From Octopus bimaculoides (Eukaryota): a stretch of 64,000 nucleotides of DNA. The translations under genes and the position numbers were made by a program. Positions 11,407 to 25,360 of the stretch are shown piece by piece. The stretch covers positions 149,458,650-149,522,649 of the forward strand of contig NC_068981.1 in the NCBI RefSeq assembly GCF_001194135.2, given 5' to 3'. Below the pieces are notes generated by a model that was given only the letters and a program-made list of their open reading frames with translations, did no database searches and was not told the origin of the DNA. The number at the start of each line of letters is the position of its first letter. Within the stretch, counting starts at the first letter, position 1.

Positions 11407-12271
11407 TATGCATACATACATTTACGGTGGTCCAGAATAAAAGAATAAAAGAATAGTTGAAGTTTAGAGAAAAACGAATGACGAAGACAGGTGTATGAAC
11501 ACCAAGCATATATATTTGTATATGTATATGTATACACACACACACACACATATATATATATAAATATGTATATATAAATATATATGTGTATATGCATATA
11601 TATAGATGCATATATATATATATATATATATATANNNNNNNNNNNNNNNNNNNNNNNNNNNNNNNNNNNNNNNNNNNNNNNNNNNNNNNNNNNNNNNNNN
11701 NNNNNNNNNNNNNNNNNNNNNNNNNNNNNNNNNNNNNNNNNNNNNNNNNNNNNNNNNNNNNNNNNNNNNNNNNNNNNNNNNNNNNNNNNNNNNNNNNNNN
11801 NNNNNNNNNNNNNNNNNNNNNNNNNNNNNNNNNNNNNNNNNNNNNNNNNNNNNNNNNNNNNNNNNNNNNNNNNNNNNNNNNNNNNNNNNNNNNNNNNNNN
11901 NNNNNNNNNNNNNNNNNNNNNNNNNNNNNNNNNNNNNNNNNNNNNNNNNNNNNNNNNNNNNNNNNNNNNNNNNNNNNNNNNNNNNNNNNNNNNNNNNNNN
12001 NNNNNNNNNNNNNNNNNNNNNNNNNNNNNNNNNNNNNNNNNNNNNNNNNNNNNNNNNNNNNNNNNNNNNNNNNNNNNNNNNNNNNNNNNNNNNNNNNNNN
12101 NNNNNNNNNNNNNNNNNNNNNNNNNNNNNNNNNNNNNNNNNNNNNNNNNNNNNNNNNNNNNNNNNNNNNNNNNNNNNNNNNNNNNNNNNNNNNNNNNNNN
12201 NNNNNNNNNNNNNNNNNNNNNNNNNNNNNNNNNNNNNNNNNNNNNNNNNNNNNNNNNNNNNNNNNNNNNNN

Positions 12272-12304
<33 letters not shown>

Positions 12305-12557
12305 TTTGGAATGGAAAGAGGTTGTTCTTTCACAGGGACGTATTTCATCCAAGCGTACACCGGTTTAGTTCAGAATCGATTAATATACTTGGAATTAATT
12401 AATTCGTGTTAGTATTAGAGTTAACACTTTTGAAGTTCCAGTGGTCATTATAAATTTCTTCATTCATTCGATATAGGAGAACAGAATTTGAATGATATAA
12501 TATAAGGAAAGTGGAGAGTTTGAACATAGAAAAAATCAATTTATTCATATAATAATC

Positions 12558-14514
12558 AATTTTGTATCGCCTACGTACATTTCAATTTCTTACCTTCATT
12601 CGTATTTTGTAATTAAGATTGCATTATGCATTTAAAGTTAAGAATCTTATCAGGGCAAAAATTGACAAGAATCTTTCCCATAGTAATGGATATAAATTTG
12701 CTTACTAACTGTGATAGCATCATGCCTGTGTGTGTGCCTTTTTTGTGTCAGCATGTGTGTCTTTTGGATTCCTTTCTGAAAAATAGCTTGGGGTTAAACT
12801 ACGACCACAGTGGACAATGGCTAGTAGTGGTTTTGTGGAACTTGGTCATACTGCCATTCTCCTTAAGGGAATTTACATCAGTTTTATAAAGGCTGGCTAC
12901 CATTCCTTTCTTTAATCACTTGTGAAAGGAATAAAAATATAAATATATATATCAACAAGAATCCTAATCAATAAATTTAGTTAACTTCTACTTTTTAGTT
13001 GTGAGAATTTCAATTTTTATTACAATTTTTATTTATTTAAATGTATCAGTCTTATTTCTTAAGAGTTTAGGTTATTTTTTGATAATTTAGGTTATTATAT
13101 TTTTAGTTCAATTAATATTTAAGAGGAAAGAAGCTAGCACTAGTTTAAGTAGATTAATTTGGGAAATTAAAGACAAAAATAAGGAATATACATTGAAGCG
13201 GGAAGTAATTAGCAGGGCAAAAAGCGTATAGCACTGGAAGCAAAAGGTGTGACTTGTGCGTTGAGGAAATTTTCCAGATTATTACATCTAAGCACAAATT
13301 AACAATAAAAGAGAAAGAGGCTTTTCTTGCCCACATACGATTAAATATACATTTAATAAATTCAAATAAATAAAATTAAATAGATATTATAGGAATAGAT
13401 ATACGTCTAGTGATTTCAAATAGATACAATTAAATAGGCATTATGTGAATAAATAAATATCTAGAACTAATAATTCTATATGAATCAAATGGAGGAATAC
13501 ACATTGAAACCCTTACTTTCAGCTCATGTATCAAAATAAATAATTTACCAATTATATTAAATAAATGAAGGATTGAGAACTTATTATATTCATAAGGGAA
13601 AAGAAATATAAAAAATGTAAGCATTGGTTTGTGGGTTCGATTCTGGCTAGGGTTAGCTCATTATTTTTCGGTAATTTGCTTGTAATTAAGAATTGTCGCT
13701 TTAAATTGGAGAATATATATTATTATACAGTTATATATATGTACATGTGTGTGTGTGTGTAAATATATTTATGTATGTATATATTCAATAAATTTTTGAA
13801 TAATGAATTTCTAAATAATTTTCAAATGAACACTCAGTGGATGATAAGAGTTAAAGTAAACACAGGAAGTAACTTTAAAATCAAATGTACCATCACCATT
13901 TGTAAATAGACTAACTTCACACATGTGATGATACATAGTGAATAATTTCTCTATTAACTATATAAAAAATAATTGAACTAAAAATATATAACTTAAATTA
14001 TCGAAAAATAACCTAAACTCTTAACAAATAAGTCTAATACATCTAAATAAATTAAAATTGTAATAAAAATTGAAATTCTCACAACTAAAAAGTAGAAGTT
14101 AAATAAATATGTTGATTTGAATTCTTGCTAATATATATATTTTTATATTTTTATTCCTTTCACAAGTGAGTAGAGAAACGAGTGGTAAACAGCCTTTATA
14201 AAACCAATATAAATTCTAATATGTGGAACAGTAGTATGACACAGTTCCTCAAAACCACAACTAACCATTGTCCACTGTGGTCCCAGTTTATGCCCCAGGT
14301 TATTTTTAGAAAGGAATCCAAAAGACACAAAGAAATAGACAAGTGCATACTGCTATCTCAGTTAGTAAGCAATTCTCCATCCATTAGGATGGGGAAGATT
14401 TTTGTTATCAATTTTTGCCCTATAGATTCTTAACTTTTAAATGCATAATGGAATCTTAATTGCAAAATATGAATGAAGGTATGAAATTGAAATGTACCTA
14501 GGTGATACGAAATT
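12558..14514. repeat. Long foldback: inverted arms 12558-13120 and 13966-14514, spacer about 845 bp
   Basis: Arms align over about 550 bp at roughly 80-85 percent identity by eye. No TSD seen. Confidence 0.92.
13118..13370 (+). mobile_element. Penelope-like element, C-terminal part of GIY-YIG domain
   Basis: STSLSRLIWEIKDKNKEYTLKREVISRAK/AYSTGSKRCDLCVEE...CPH matches the PLE pattern STxLSKYIWxLK...Y..GSKRCxLCxEE...CxH. Confidence 0.82.
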
Positions 14515-14520
14515 AGCTAT

Positions 14521-14710
14521 TCACTACAAGAACTGGAGACTGTTTTAGCTGAAGAATAGACAAAAATTCCTTTCGAAACAATTCAAACTTTGTACGAGTT
14601 CATACCTCGTAGAATTCAAGCTGTAATTTCTGCCAAAGGCGGTCCTACTCCATATTGAAATAAATTTGTTTGAAACTTTTAAGGTGTTTCCATTATTTTG
14701 TCCAACCCCT

Positions 14711-14711
<1 letters not shown>
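14521..14711 (+). mobile_element. Tc1 transposase C-terminus plus right TIR
   Basis: SLQELETVLAEE*TKIPFETIQTLYEFIPRRIQAVISAKGGPTPY*, then ttattttgtccaacccctg followed by TA. Confidence 0.9.
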
Positions 14712-14750
<39 letters not shown>

Positions 14751-15739
14751 ACACACGCGCGAAGATATTGCACTTACTAAATGATACCTATGATCTTAAG
14801 AGTTGAACAGACGGACGGACTGGCTAAAAAGACGCAGCTGAAGCAACAACACAGGTGGCAGCAGTCTGCTTCAGTTTTTTTGCCTGATCCTACACGTAAC
14901 ATTTCAGATATTCTCAAAAGCATGTCGTTGATGCCATAGCGCATAGCTCACTTCATGGCAAGCCAAGATCCATCCTAATTTAAACCATATCATCAACATT
15001 TAGTCACTGATATTTTCTCATGTAACTACAACGAAGAAAGAAATACATAGAAACGAGGATGAGCTGACGGGGACAGGATAAGAACAATATGGAAATTAAC
15101 TGAAACTACGTAAATAAAAATGACAGACGACACCGGTTTCCTCTCGGATCCTTTGTAACCGATGTTGTACCAATTCTGAAGAGAACTCATCGAGTTTCAT
15201 TCCATAGCAAGACAATGTATACCTATTTTAAAAGCATCGTATGAAATCTTTTAGTTTATCACTAACAGTTGAATCCTTAGAGAATGGTTTATCTCGAGAA
15301 ATTAACGACGATAACCTGTTAAAACCTAGATCTTGGAAGAGCTGTGTTGTATGATTAATCTGTGATATTGATTTATAAACAATTCAAATGAAATGTAAAT
15401 GATATTTAAAACTCTGATGATTATCAAAGTTCAAATCTTGATGGAATTAGTCATGAATAGATCTATGAACTCGGGCTAATCTCTCTTCCCGTTATTTATT
15501 CAGTACAATAATGCCTTCACAAGCAATGAAGTGAAATTTCTCAACAGGAAATCTGTCCTGTATTGCAGACTTAGATTCTTTACAAGTACTCGAGAGTGTC
15601 CTAACTTACTTCGGAATTATTTTAGAAATCCTTCTTTGTCATCTGAATAGAAATTCATAACTGACATAATATTTTACATATATTATACTGCACAAATCTT
15701 GTATGATGCTGTTGCAGCACATATAGATCGAATAAATCA

Positions 15740-16000
15740 CACTACAAAAATACCTCCCCACCGAATATTTGTCATGCGGTTGCTTCCTAACACACACCAA
15801 TGTCTGGTCCATCGACGTACTGTCTCTTCTCTCTGTCTCTTTCATCGTCTCTTCAATTACCATTTTTTCCCCAGGAGTTGGCATATTGTGTCTCCCTCCA
15901 TTCGCTTCCATGCCTGGCACTGACCCCTATGAACATTATTTTCTCGCAGCAACGTCAACTCTCTTGATGTCTTCAATTGTCACGAAAGTCATGGGAATAG
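15740..16000 (-). mobile_element. Possible decayed non-LTR retrotransposon RT/thumb fragment
   Basis: YGAIPMTFVTIEDIKRVDVAARK...IEETMK loosely resembles the post-RT region of R4-type LINEs. Weak. Confidence 0.3.
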
Positions 16001-19000
16001 CACCATACACAGGCAGCTAATTATTTTGAAATTAATTTAAAATAACGAAATGGTGAATAAGTTACGTGAATTGCACATCTCTGAAAGAATTCGTTGTCTA
16101 AATATTTCAATATTCCTGGTCCTATGCTTGTATAAAAAAATATAGTATTTGTAAAACACCTGATATTCTAATGCCTCAAAACCTCGTTATTTAACTCTCT
16201 AATGACATTAATTTAAAACTAAGCAGTCAAGGATTGTTAAACATCAAGCAATTAGATGTTTTCTATAGGAGCATCAGCTATTTCAACTCAGGGACTGAAT
16301 TGATGAAACTTAATGCCGCGTGGTGTTTTGTTTTATGCTCTATCGATCCCGTCATTCTGGTACTCAAAGTCAGTATATCGTATGATCACGGCATTTAAAA
16401 TAAATCACCCAACTGTGTGGAATAAGCAAGAGAAAAATCTCACATTAGAGTCTCCACCTGTTAATAATGTGAAATCAGTGGCAATATACAGTGTAAACTT
16501 ATTAAGAAAACAGAGGAGTTCAAAAGAAAAGTTTGAAATAAGTTAGAAAAATAACTTTAAAATACGTTTCGTGCAAAACTTTTTGTAATTATTTTGTTTC
16601 CTGTTTTGTAAAAAAAAAAAAAAAAAAACGCCGAAAAAACAATGTTACACGAAATTATTATAATAAATGTCACTATTTATTCAAATTTGCGCTGACCAAA
16701 ATATTTTAGGGAATATGTTTACTTTTTAAATTTTCTTTTTTGTAAATATCACAGGCGTCAGACAGTTAATAATTTTTGCTTATTCTTGTGTGTGGAAGAC
16801 ATGACTGCAATTTTGACATTATAGTGTGTCAGTTGATGATAACGTTGCTTTGATTATTCAGCTAAGCAAAATATACCACTACCCTAACAACAGTAACTGA
16901 TCCAAAACTACAACAAAGGAAAACAACAACCACGACTATGTTGATAAAGAAGAGAGGAAAGACGGCCATACAGATACACAGAAAATTAGGAAAATAAATA
17001 TTATATTTCATATATTAAATCATTTTTTTACAGTAAATAAAACAAATTATAGAATAAAATCAATGAAATACGTTTATTAGATTTTTCAATTTGTCTGAGG
17101 AGGGTTGAACGCAGACAGAGACTGATATATATGCACGAATTCTCACATATATACACACGGGAGTGCGCGTATGTGTGTGTAACAGTGTATGAATATGTAT
17201 GTATGTACATATACATACAAACACACATACACATATAGGTGTGTACAGATGCAGTCACACACACACATATAGACATGTTTGTATATGTTTATTTACACAC
17301 ACACACGCGCACAAAAACCGAACACATACACATCCCACACATCCCACACATCCCACGCGCGAATAGACACAAATATTCTGTGTAATATTCAAATAAAAAC
17401 CAAGAAGAACACAGATCATCAGAGAACTCAATACGGTGTATATGTTGCGTGTATACTCTATTATGTAAGACGTATGAATTTATAGAAACATAATTGTTTA
17501 ATACATAACATATCTCGTCATAGACTACATTTTATCGACTAACTTCTTACCCCCAAATTTGTAGCCTCGTGTCTGTTAGACTTTATTATTGGTGGTGGAT
17601 TGCCAGAATTTTAATAGAGTAGAAAACTGATTTCGATATGTTACCGCTCTTTACCTTCTCAGTTCAAATCCCACCAAAATCAACTTCGCACCCTGTTGTT
17701 GATAATTGTTTGAGCTGAATATACAATCGCGAGCAGCTATATAACACTTCTTTCATAGTGTATATGTCTGAGTAATGAATGATCTTTGTCATTGAATATA
17801 TAAGAAGTGATGATGTACTGAATGACGTGCATAGGAAATTCTATATGAATTGAAAGCCCTTTCTTAGCAGGAGAAAAGTAAGGAAAACATATAAATGAAT
17901 ATATACATAGCACTCAGGGTACAGAAACAGCTACTTAAGTTTCGTTCGATTCTGGGTCTTCAAGTAGTCGTACTAAACACAAACCTTAAACCATTGAAAC
18001 GGATGTTTTATGAAGAAAGATGTCAAAGACATTCACAGACTGTTTGCAAAGGGAAATTCCGAACCACTTAACTACGTAGACATACCTGTACCTGAATTTA
18101 GGTACCTTTGTTCATATTGCAGTCGGCTTATTATTTACAGGGGTTTCAAAGTCACAGTTTCATGACCCGAAATCTCGTTCCAATTCTCTCACCTATGAAA
18201 TCTTATTCCCGTTTCATTTTTGGTTTGTTGTGTCAACACTTTACAATGAACAACATGTTTAATTTTAGATAACGTGAGTTGAGCCATTCTTGTTGTTTAT
18301 TTTCAGTTCAGAGATCCCAGTCATAACCACCTCTTTTTCCTTTGATATAAATAATTATTTTATTCAACAAAATCCACCTTTATCCGAAAGAAATTAAGAG
18401 ATTTGACACGTTGGTTTTAGCCGGCTGAGTTATAATATAAGTGCCATATTGCTGGCTAGTTTTGAACCAAGCAGTTTTATAGGAACTTGAATTATAATAT
18501 GATAATTGATTCGTAATCAAAATAAGTTTCAAAATTACCATTCTGGGTAAGAATATGAAAATGTGTATGGTTAAGGGCGACGGTATATGAACTATTCTAA
18601 CAAAATAAAATATTTAAATTACCATACCAGAATAGGTCGCCAAAGCTGATACTTTAATGTTAGCATATTGTATGAAGCATAAATAACTGAACAAGAAATA
18701 TACACATATGGTAAAGAAAACGCAATAAGTAAACATTGTTAAAGAACATAACAATGTGCTTTAATTGAGATAGAATACATAGTAACAAAATACATTAATG
18801 AAATAAACGCACAAGAATAATATGTCAGAACTGAGTAGGGTTAAAAGATATAATTACTTGCTACATTAGCTGAATTTATGAACTTTAAAAGCTTTCGGTC
18901 GCTTACAATATGCAGCAAGAGAAAACGTAATGGTTTCAAATACTGTATAGAATAGATGTTAATACTTTTGCTATAGCTTCATTTTGCAATCGTAGTCCTC

Positions 19001-19944
19001 TTCAACTTCCACTTTCTGCTTTCGATTACACCGTATCCTGACGCCCACTTCTACTACGTTTCTTCCCCAGTTTCTTATATCACAGTTTTTCCAGATACAT
19101 TATATACAAGTGTCGTGGGTGTTTTTATAGGCCTCTTCGTATTAGAGAGTAAAATCTCACGCACTCTTTGCCAATGTGTCTGTGCAACTCTGTGTATATG
19201 TGCTTATTTGTACGTGTGTGTGTGTGTGTGTATGTATCTGTATATGTGTGGCCTGTGCTTTTGACCAATTAAGCAACATAATTTTAACTTTGAATGGATA
19301 ACAACTTAAATGTAATGTGTCTCTTGGCTAGTTGAAACCATAAGGAAATTCCAATTATTTGAAACAATTTTCCTCTTATGTTATTGATCTTCAAATAGCC
19401 TTAATTTAGAACAATTTCTATTTTCAACCCACTTAAGATATACAGATTTGTATAATTAAATCCGTGTGTCAAGCATCTTTTAGAAGAAGTAAGATTCTAA
19501 AGAATCGTGTTTGTGTGTCCGCTGTGATCACCATTTGCGGTCACACCAGATTACTTACGGATTCAATAACTTAATAAAAATACATTATCGCACAAAAGCA
19601 TTTTTACTTCCTCATATACCTGCGTAATTGTTCTTATATTTATTAACTGAACCTTTCAGAAGTGTAAACAGTTCAATGTTTAAAGGGAGCATGTTTAACT
19701 AGTGAGTAAATTATATATGATTTGTATATAACTTGAAAAAAGACTATGAAGTAGCGGAGAGGGAAGAGAGTTGTGCTATGACTTATATCAAACTTTATCA
19801 TATTTCATTGATTTCTAATGTTTTAAGATATTAGTGCTAAATTAATTATGATGTTTAACGTTATTCTTTTACATTATCACTACAATACAGCTACAATAAA
19901 CTTAGTCTACCTTCTATGACAACACACAATTGGACTGCTCTATA

Positions 19945-20335
19945 AACTTCGGAATTCTTTGTATGATCTTGGACTTCACATATAGCAAAATCTATAGGTT
20001 TATCCCGGATCAGTTGTCTCTGCTTCTTCGTTTAACCATTAGGAGTGTCTCAGGGTCCCCTCAAACTACACAGGCCACGATCCATCAGATTTTCACACCA
20101 GGCAGGACACCCGATATCTGCAGCCTGACAGTTCTGCTCGAGTGATATGTCGGATACAGGATATACTCCTCAATACAATAGGGTGTTACCGAGTGTTTTC
20201 GCGTGAGGTCCTCACTTCTGAAGAGGATCTCGATGCTGCTAAACTGTCTTTCTCCTTGCATGTGGGCCACATCTTCCATAAGGTCTTTCAGAGCCTTCTC
20301 CACTTGACTGATTGTGGCCGGTTCGGTTCATCTGC
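19945..20335 (-). mobile_element. Probable decayed LINE ORF1 (gag-like) fragment
   Basis: A single stop-interrupted frame ...RTVRLQISGVLPGVKI*WIVACVV*GDPETLLMVKRR..., reminiscent of L1/Tx1-type ORF1 RRM regions. Confidence 0.4.
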
Positions 20336-20692
20336 TCTTTAGTGAAATACATACGTAATGGACTTACCTTTTTGCTCGTTCTTCCATGATTTCTAGATGC
20401 ACAAGTACCATTGCCTTATTCCATTCAAATTTAATAAGTGTTTTGGCTTGAGCCAGTTCCCTATTTTTGTCATCTAGAGCTAGTGGAAACATTTCTTTTT
20501 TTATTTTAAATAATATACTTAGAGAGAACTCAAATCTGCGGTAAAAAATACAGCTGTTGCATTAATTAATATATGATTTAGTCATATGTGTTGAAAGCAA
20601 TATATTCCGACCGATTTCTCTGAGATATAATAACGCAAAGTACTTATTAAATTATAAACAGTAAACCTTCGCGTTAAATATGGAGCAATGCT

Positions 20693-20733
20693 CGCGCGCG
20701 CGCGCACGCGCGCGTGTGTGTGTATGTGTGTGT

Positions 20734-20773
<40 letters not shown>
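20693..20773. repeat. (CG)n tract joined to (TG)n
   Basis: cgcgcgcgcgcgcacgcgcgcg then tgtgtg..., alternating purine-pyrimidine throughout. Confidence 0.9.
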
Positions 20774-20775
<2 letters not shown>

Positions 20776-22439
20776 ATCTATGTGCATGCGTGTGTCTATT
20801 TGCGATGCGCACCGATGACATGTCCAAATATTAGCTAGAGATTTATTAACGAAATTTTGATATGCTTCTCCTCCATCAAGTTACAGATATTCTCATGACA
20901 CTACAGACACTTCAGTTATCAGAAATACAGTAAAGTAGTGAATGGTTCGTTGGAAAACGGTAATAAATGACGCTGTTGTTCATTAATTGCGATATAAAAC
21001 AAATTAATAAATGACTATGAAAGTAGTTGTAAAGCATCTTTCGATGCCGTACCATTTCATTGGCGAAAATAAATTAAAGCTTGTGAATGAAAGCAAAAGA
21101 CGAAAGAAAATTTATGCTGACATTATACTTGAAAAGAACAAAGCATATAACCATCATTAAGCAGCAAGCGATGCGATCGAGTGTTTGAGTTAGAAGTATA
21201 AGTTGTTTTGTGAACATGGACCGTAAAGATCAGGAACTGGTATAAATTAAACGAATAAAGATTAGTAATAAACAAATTTAACTCTGTGTGTATATGAAAT
21301 CTTCGAAAGGAAAGATCTCTTAAATGCAGTGAAGTTTATTATAATACAAAATAAAAAAAAGTCTTAAGTTTACCTTATATAAAATAATACCTTATCATAA
21401 TACAAAATAAAAAAGACTTAAGTATTAAATCAAATAGCTTTATCAAAGTTGTAAAGTTTCTAAATTTAAAAATGTCAGCTGCATATTAGTTTTTATAACA
21501 CTTCAACGAGACATCAAGTATGAAAGTATTTCTACACTATTGGTTGTCTCATTTATTTTCTCCATGATTATCAGAAGACTTGCTTGTGGTATATCATAAC
21601 AATTGACATTTTTAGAATATACAGCTGGAAACTGTTCTGCAATGTGAACATACGTGTCTTATTGTATATAGTTTGGAAGCTGGTAGGGAATAAGTTTTTT
21701 TTCCAGTTTTCTCGACCATAACTTAACAAAGACCACACTAGAAACTTTACAGTAGGCTTAATGATCTTTATAACTTCATAGCTTCATAAGTTACGTTGAT
21801 ATATTTTATTCATAAGAGGAATAATGTTTGAAAGAACATTCCCCACTCTTTCACAATGTTTTCTTCTGAATAATATCTGCCCCAGCTTGCCAGCAGGAAC
21901 TCATGCAGTTCATCTCAGTTTCCAAACACACTTGTTCATGGTAGCTGAAAATTAAACTTAGATTCCCACTAGATTATTGATTTCAAATTTTCAAAAAATA
22001 TTGCATTCTTGTTTATTTCCATTGATTTTTTACATCAAAAACGAAGGAAAATTTAAATTGTATATTTAACACATACTCACGCTTATACACACGTGCACAC
22101 GCATACACCTACACACACTCACTCATGCAAGCGCATGCACACACAAGAACACACACATTAGCAGCAGTCTTAGCAAACAAAAAACTATCAACTTAATCAT
22201 ATAAACCATAAAACTGCACCATTAAAAATGAATTTCTTTTTGAATATTCGCACATATATACGTACAGTGTTTATGTTTGGTGTGTATTTTGTTTCAACAT
22301 ATATTTAAGTACTGACTTAGAAATCAATATATACAAAAGTAAAGTAAAAATTGAATACCACAATTTTATTAACTGATATAGGCGATTCAAATTACATATA
22401 TGTGTAGATTAACTCTTAGTTTTTTTTTTTTACACAAAC

Positions 22440-23290
22440 ATACTTCATGCAATCACTATCAGAATTCAGGTATTTACTGTTATAACCACTCCTTCACACT
22501 CATTTTCGTTTTACCTGTGTCATCAAATCTTTGTTTCATAACACCAAGTAGATGGAAGGTGGCGGGTGCCTGCACAGAGGATTGTACGCTGGAGCGGAGA
22601 AGAGTGAACAGCTTAATTTCCTCTTTGGCAGATTTGTTACCAGACGCGTGTGTTGTCACGCATTGTCATGGTAAATGTGGATCGTTTTCAGATTCTTGTT
22701 TCATCACTTCTTAATGGCTTCTTTAATATTTTGAAGTGTCTGTTTGTGTTGCTCGCTCTTCACGGCATAGCTACGTTTCAGGAAATCTAGGAGAATGATG
22801 CATATGTCATGCCCAAAATCAAGCCCCATGACTTTTGTTCGATCGCTAGTTCTTCGTTTTCGGATCATAAAAGTAAACTGATCATAAATGCCTTGCCACC
22901 AGATTGGAAAAATTGTGCGCTTTGGCTTCAGGCGCTTCTCGCAGATAAGATTAGGCTTCCATACTCCTCGCCTTCAAATCAGGTGTCAACAACCGCATTT
23001 ATCAATACCCAAAGTCTTCTATCATCTTCTGTATTGCATTGTGACCATTGCCCAGTTGTATCGCAAGCTGACGGACTGTGATACGTCGATCCACACGAAG
23101 CAATCCGTCTACTGTCAGTAATCGTAGGCAATATTTTTCTACCTGCTGCGTGGCTTGTCTTTAATGACGTTTTCCCCTTCTTTGAACTTCTTCATGCATC
23201 TGTGCGCATAGCTCTTGAATCATGTCCTTCCCGTAAACGACCTGTTGTTATTTGCGACGCCGAACAGCATGCACACCTCCTTCATCATGT
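22440..23290 (-). mobile_element. Near full-length decayed mariner transposase
   Basis: QVVYGKDM...MKKFKEGENVIKDKPRS...LLRVDRRITVRQLAIQL...RLLTPDLK...YFYDPKTK...IILLDFLKRSYAV...IHIYHDNA...FHLLGVMKQRFDD, with many stops and frameshifts. Confidence 0.88.
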
Positions 23291-24665
23291 GTTTATATTT
23301 GCCTGCAATGAAGAAAAACAGGTTGAAGAGTTACTATCGAGAAAGATACCAGCATGGGAAATTTGAATGAACTTGGTCAGTTAATAAGAACGTTATGTCG
23401 ACTACTTGTTTTGGTATAATTAAAATCCGTGATAGTAGCAGGTAGAATGTTATATTAGATATTTCACTCCAACTATTTCGTTCTCTTGTTTCGGTCTTTT
23501 GCTATATGAACTGTATCTGGAACAATAATTATACATACACTGTCTTGAGATTTGCGGCGCATATAGCTTACAGAGATCGAATTAGCGTTTTAGCGAGGGA
23601 AGTGTTTCACGTGGGTAACAGTAAACAAGCAGTAATGGAGACAGTGGAATATAATATCTATTATATATCTAGTGAGGTATCAGAATGAAATTGCCTTTTC
23701 TGATTAATATAAATTACCTAGTAGCTATCATTTTATTTCAGTTGTAGCTGACAAAATTCATTTTCTGATAATAAATATAATTAGTCGTTATAAAATAAGT
23801 TCTAGTAATATCAGTGACCTATAACAAATAGCCACATAAGTTATATTCTTACTAATGAAAACGTAATGAAAGAGCAAAAATCTAGTGGATTTATTTTGCT
23901 CTTGGAAGTACGAAAGTGTGAGTTAACTTTACCACCATTTGATCTAAATATGAAAAAGTAAAGTTAACAATGGAGTGGAGGTTTCAAGGTTCAAACCCCA
24001 TCGAGGTCAACTTTATTTATCATCATTCCGGCGCCAATAAGATATTGTTTCAATGAAGTAAAACCAAATCGATTTAATCGATCCTTCTTAATACTAACCC
24101 TTATATTGAGGAACAGACCTCAAAATGAGAAATCTTTTGTACGACGTTAGAATAAAGAAATCAATTTTTTTGGTGAGCTCTATGACACTTTCGACTTTGG
24201 GCAATTTCTATAACACTTTATATCTTACGCAAGTCAAACTGTCGGAGATGATGCCTCTTTCAATTATACCCATCGTAATTTACGGGTTTTACACTGTCAT
24301 AAATCTGCCGAAGTTAATAATGAACAAGTATTTCAAGTACTAAAATGAAGTTATAATATAGGTAGATTGTTGATGTTCTTGTAGTTATCATTGTTGTTTC
24401 GTCACTGCAGGCTAATCTTGATTGAAAAACCAATGATTGAAAGCATTATTCTCAGAGTAAGTTGATATATGTATGCTTGTATGATCGTATGTATATATGT
24501 ATGTATGAATATGTGTGTATGCATGTATATATGTGATATATGTCTATATGTATGCTTATATATATTATAAAATCTCTCTCTCTTTCTTTCTCTTTCTCTC
24601 TTTCTCTTTCAATATATATATATATGCATGTATGTATCTATATATATATATATGTATGTATATAT

Positions 24666-24747
<82 letters not shown>

Positions 24748-24754
24748 CTCTTTC

Positions 24755-24930
24755 CGAATGGTTAAGGATTTGCATAGTAATCACGAGGTGCTGGTTTCTA
24801 ATTTGCTGTGTGGTATCTTGTGGATTGCAATTTTCTGTAACATCGGATCAACAAAGTCATTGCGATTTAAAGTGAGTAGAGAGAAGATGACCAGAAGCCC
24901 TCGGATAGATTGTAATTGTAACTGAAAAGT
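24755..24930 (+). mobile_element. SINE family B 5' part, old and degenerate
   Basis: tRNA-like head tggttaagg...ggtttctaatt and a body similar to the reverse complement of 48500-48575. Confidence 0.5.
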
Positions 24931-25072
24931 CCAGTCTTGTCATACAAGGTCAAACTTATTCCACATGAGAATTACATTAACAGTCAACGTATTTCTGGAG
25001 TACTCTTATACGCTATTGCAATGAGGGTGGTAGTTTAGTAGGTTTAGCAACTGAACACTCTTGGTCGGAAAT

Positions 25073-25129
<57 letters not shown>

Positions 25130-25154
25130 TTCACACACGCATGCACACATATCT

Positions 25155-25360
25155 TTATCTTTCTTTTCTATTTGCTTCAGTCATTGGACTGCAGCCATGT
25201 CAGGGAACCACCTACAGGGACTTTGGTACAAGCGAATCGACACCTGTACTTATTTTTTAAAAGTCAGTTACTTATTCAATCGGTTTTATTTTTGCCGAAC
25301 CGCTAAGCTACGTGGCGCATAAACTTACCACCACCGGTTGTCAAATGGTGGTGGGAACAA
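25155..25360 (-). mobile_element. SINE family B 3' part
   Basis: cagtcattggactgcagccatg...gccgaaccgctaag...ccggttgtcaa, homologous to 48283-48470. Confidence 0.8.

Noticed and set aside
15176-15200. ctgaaga followed by hairpin gaactc-atc-gagtt
   Set aside because: No GAAA after the stem and no stem I or III; not a hammerhead on either strand.
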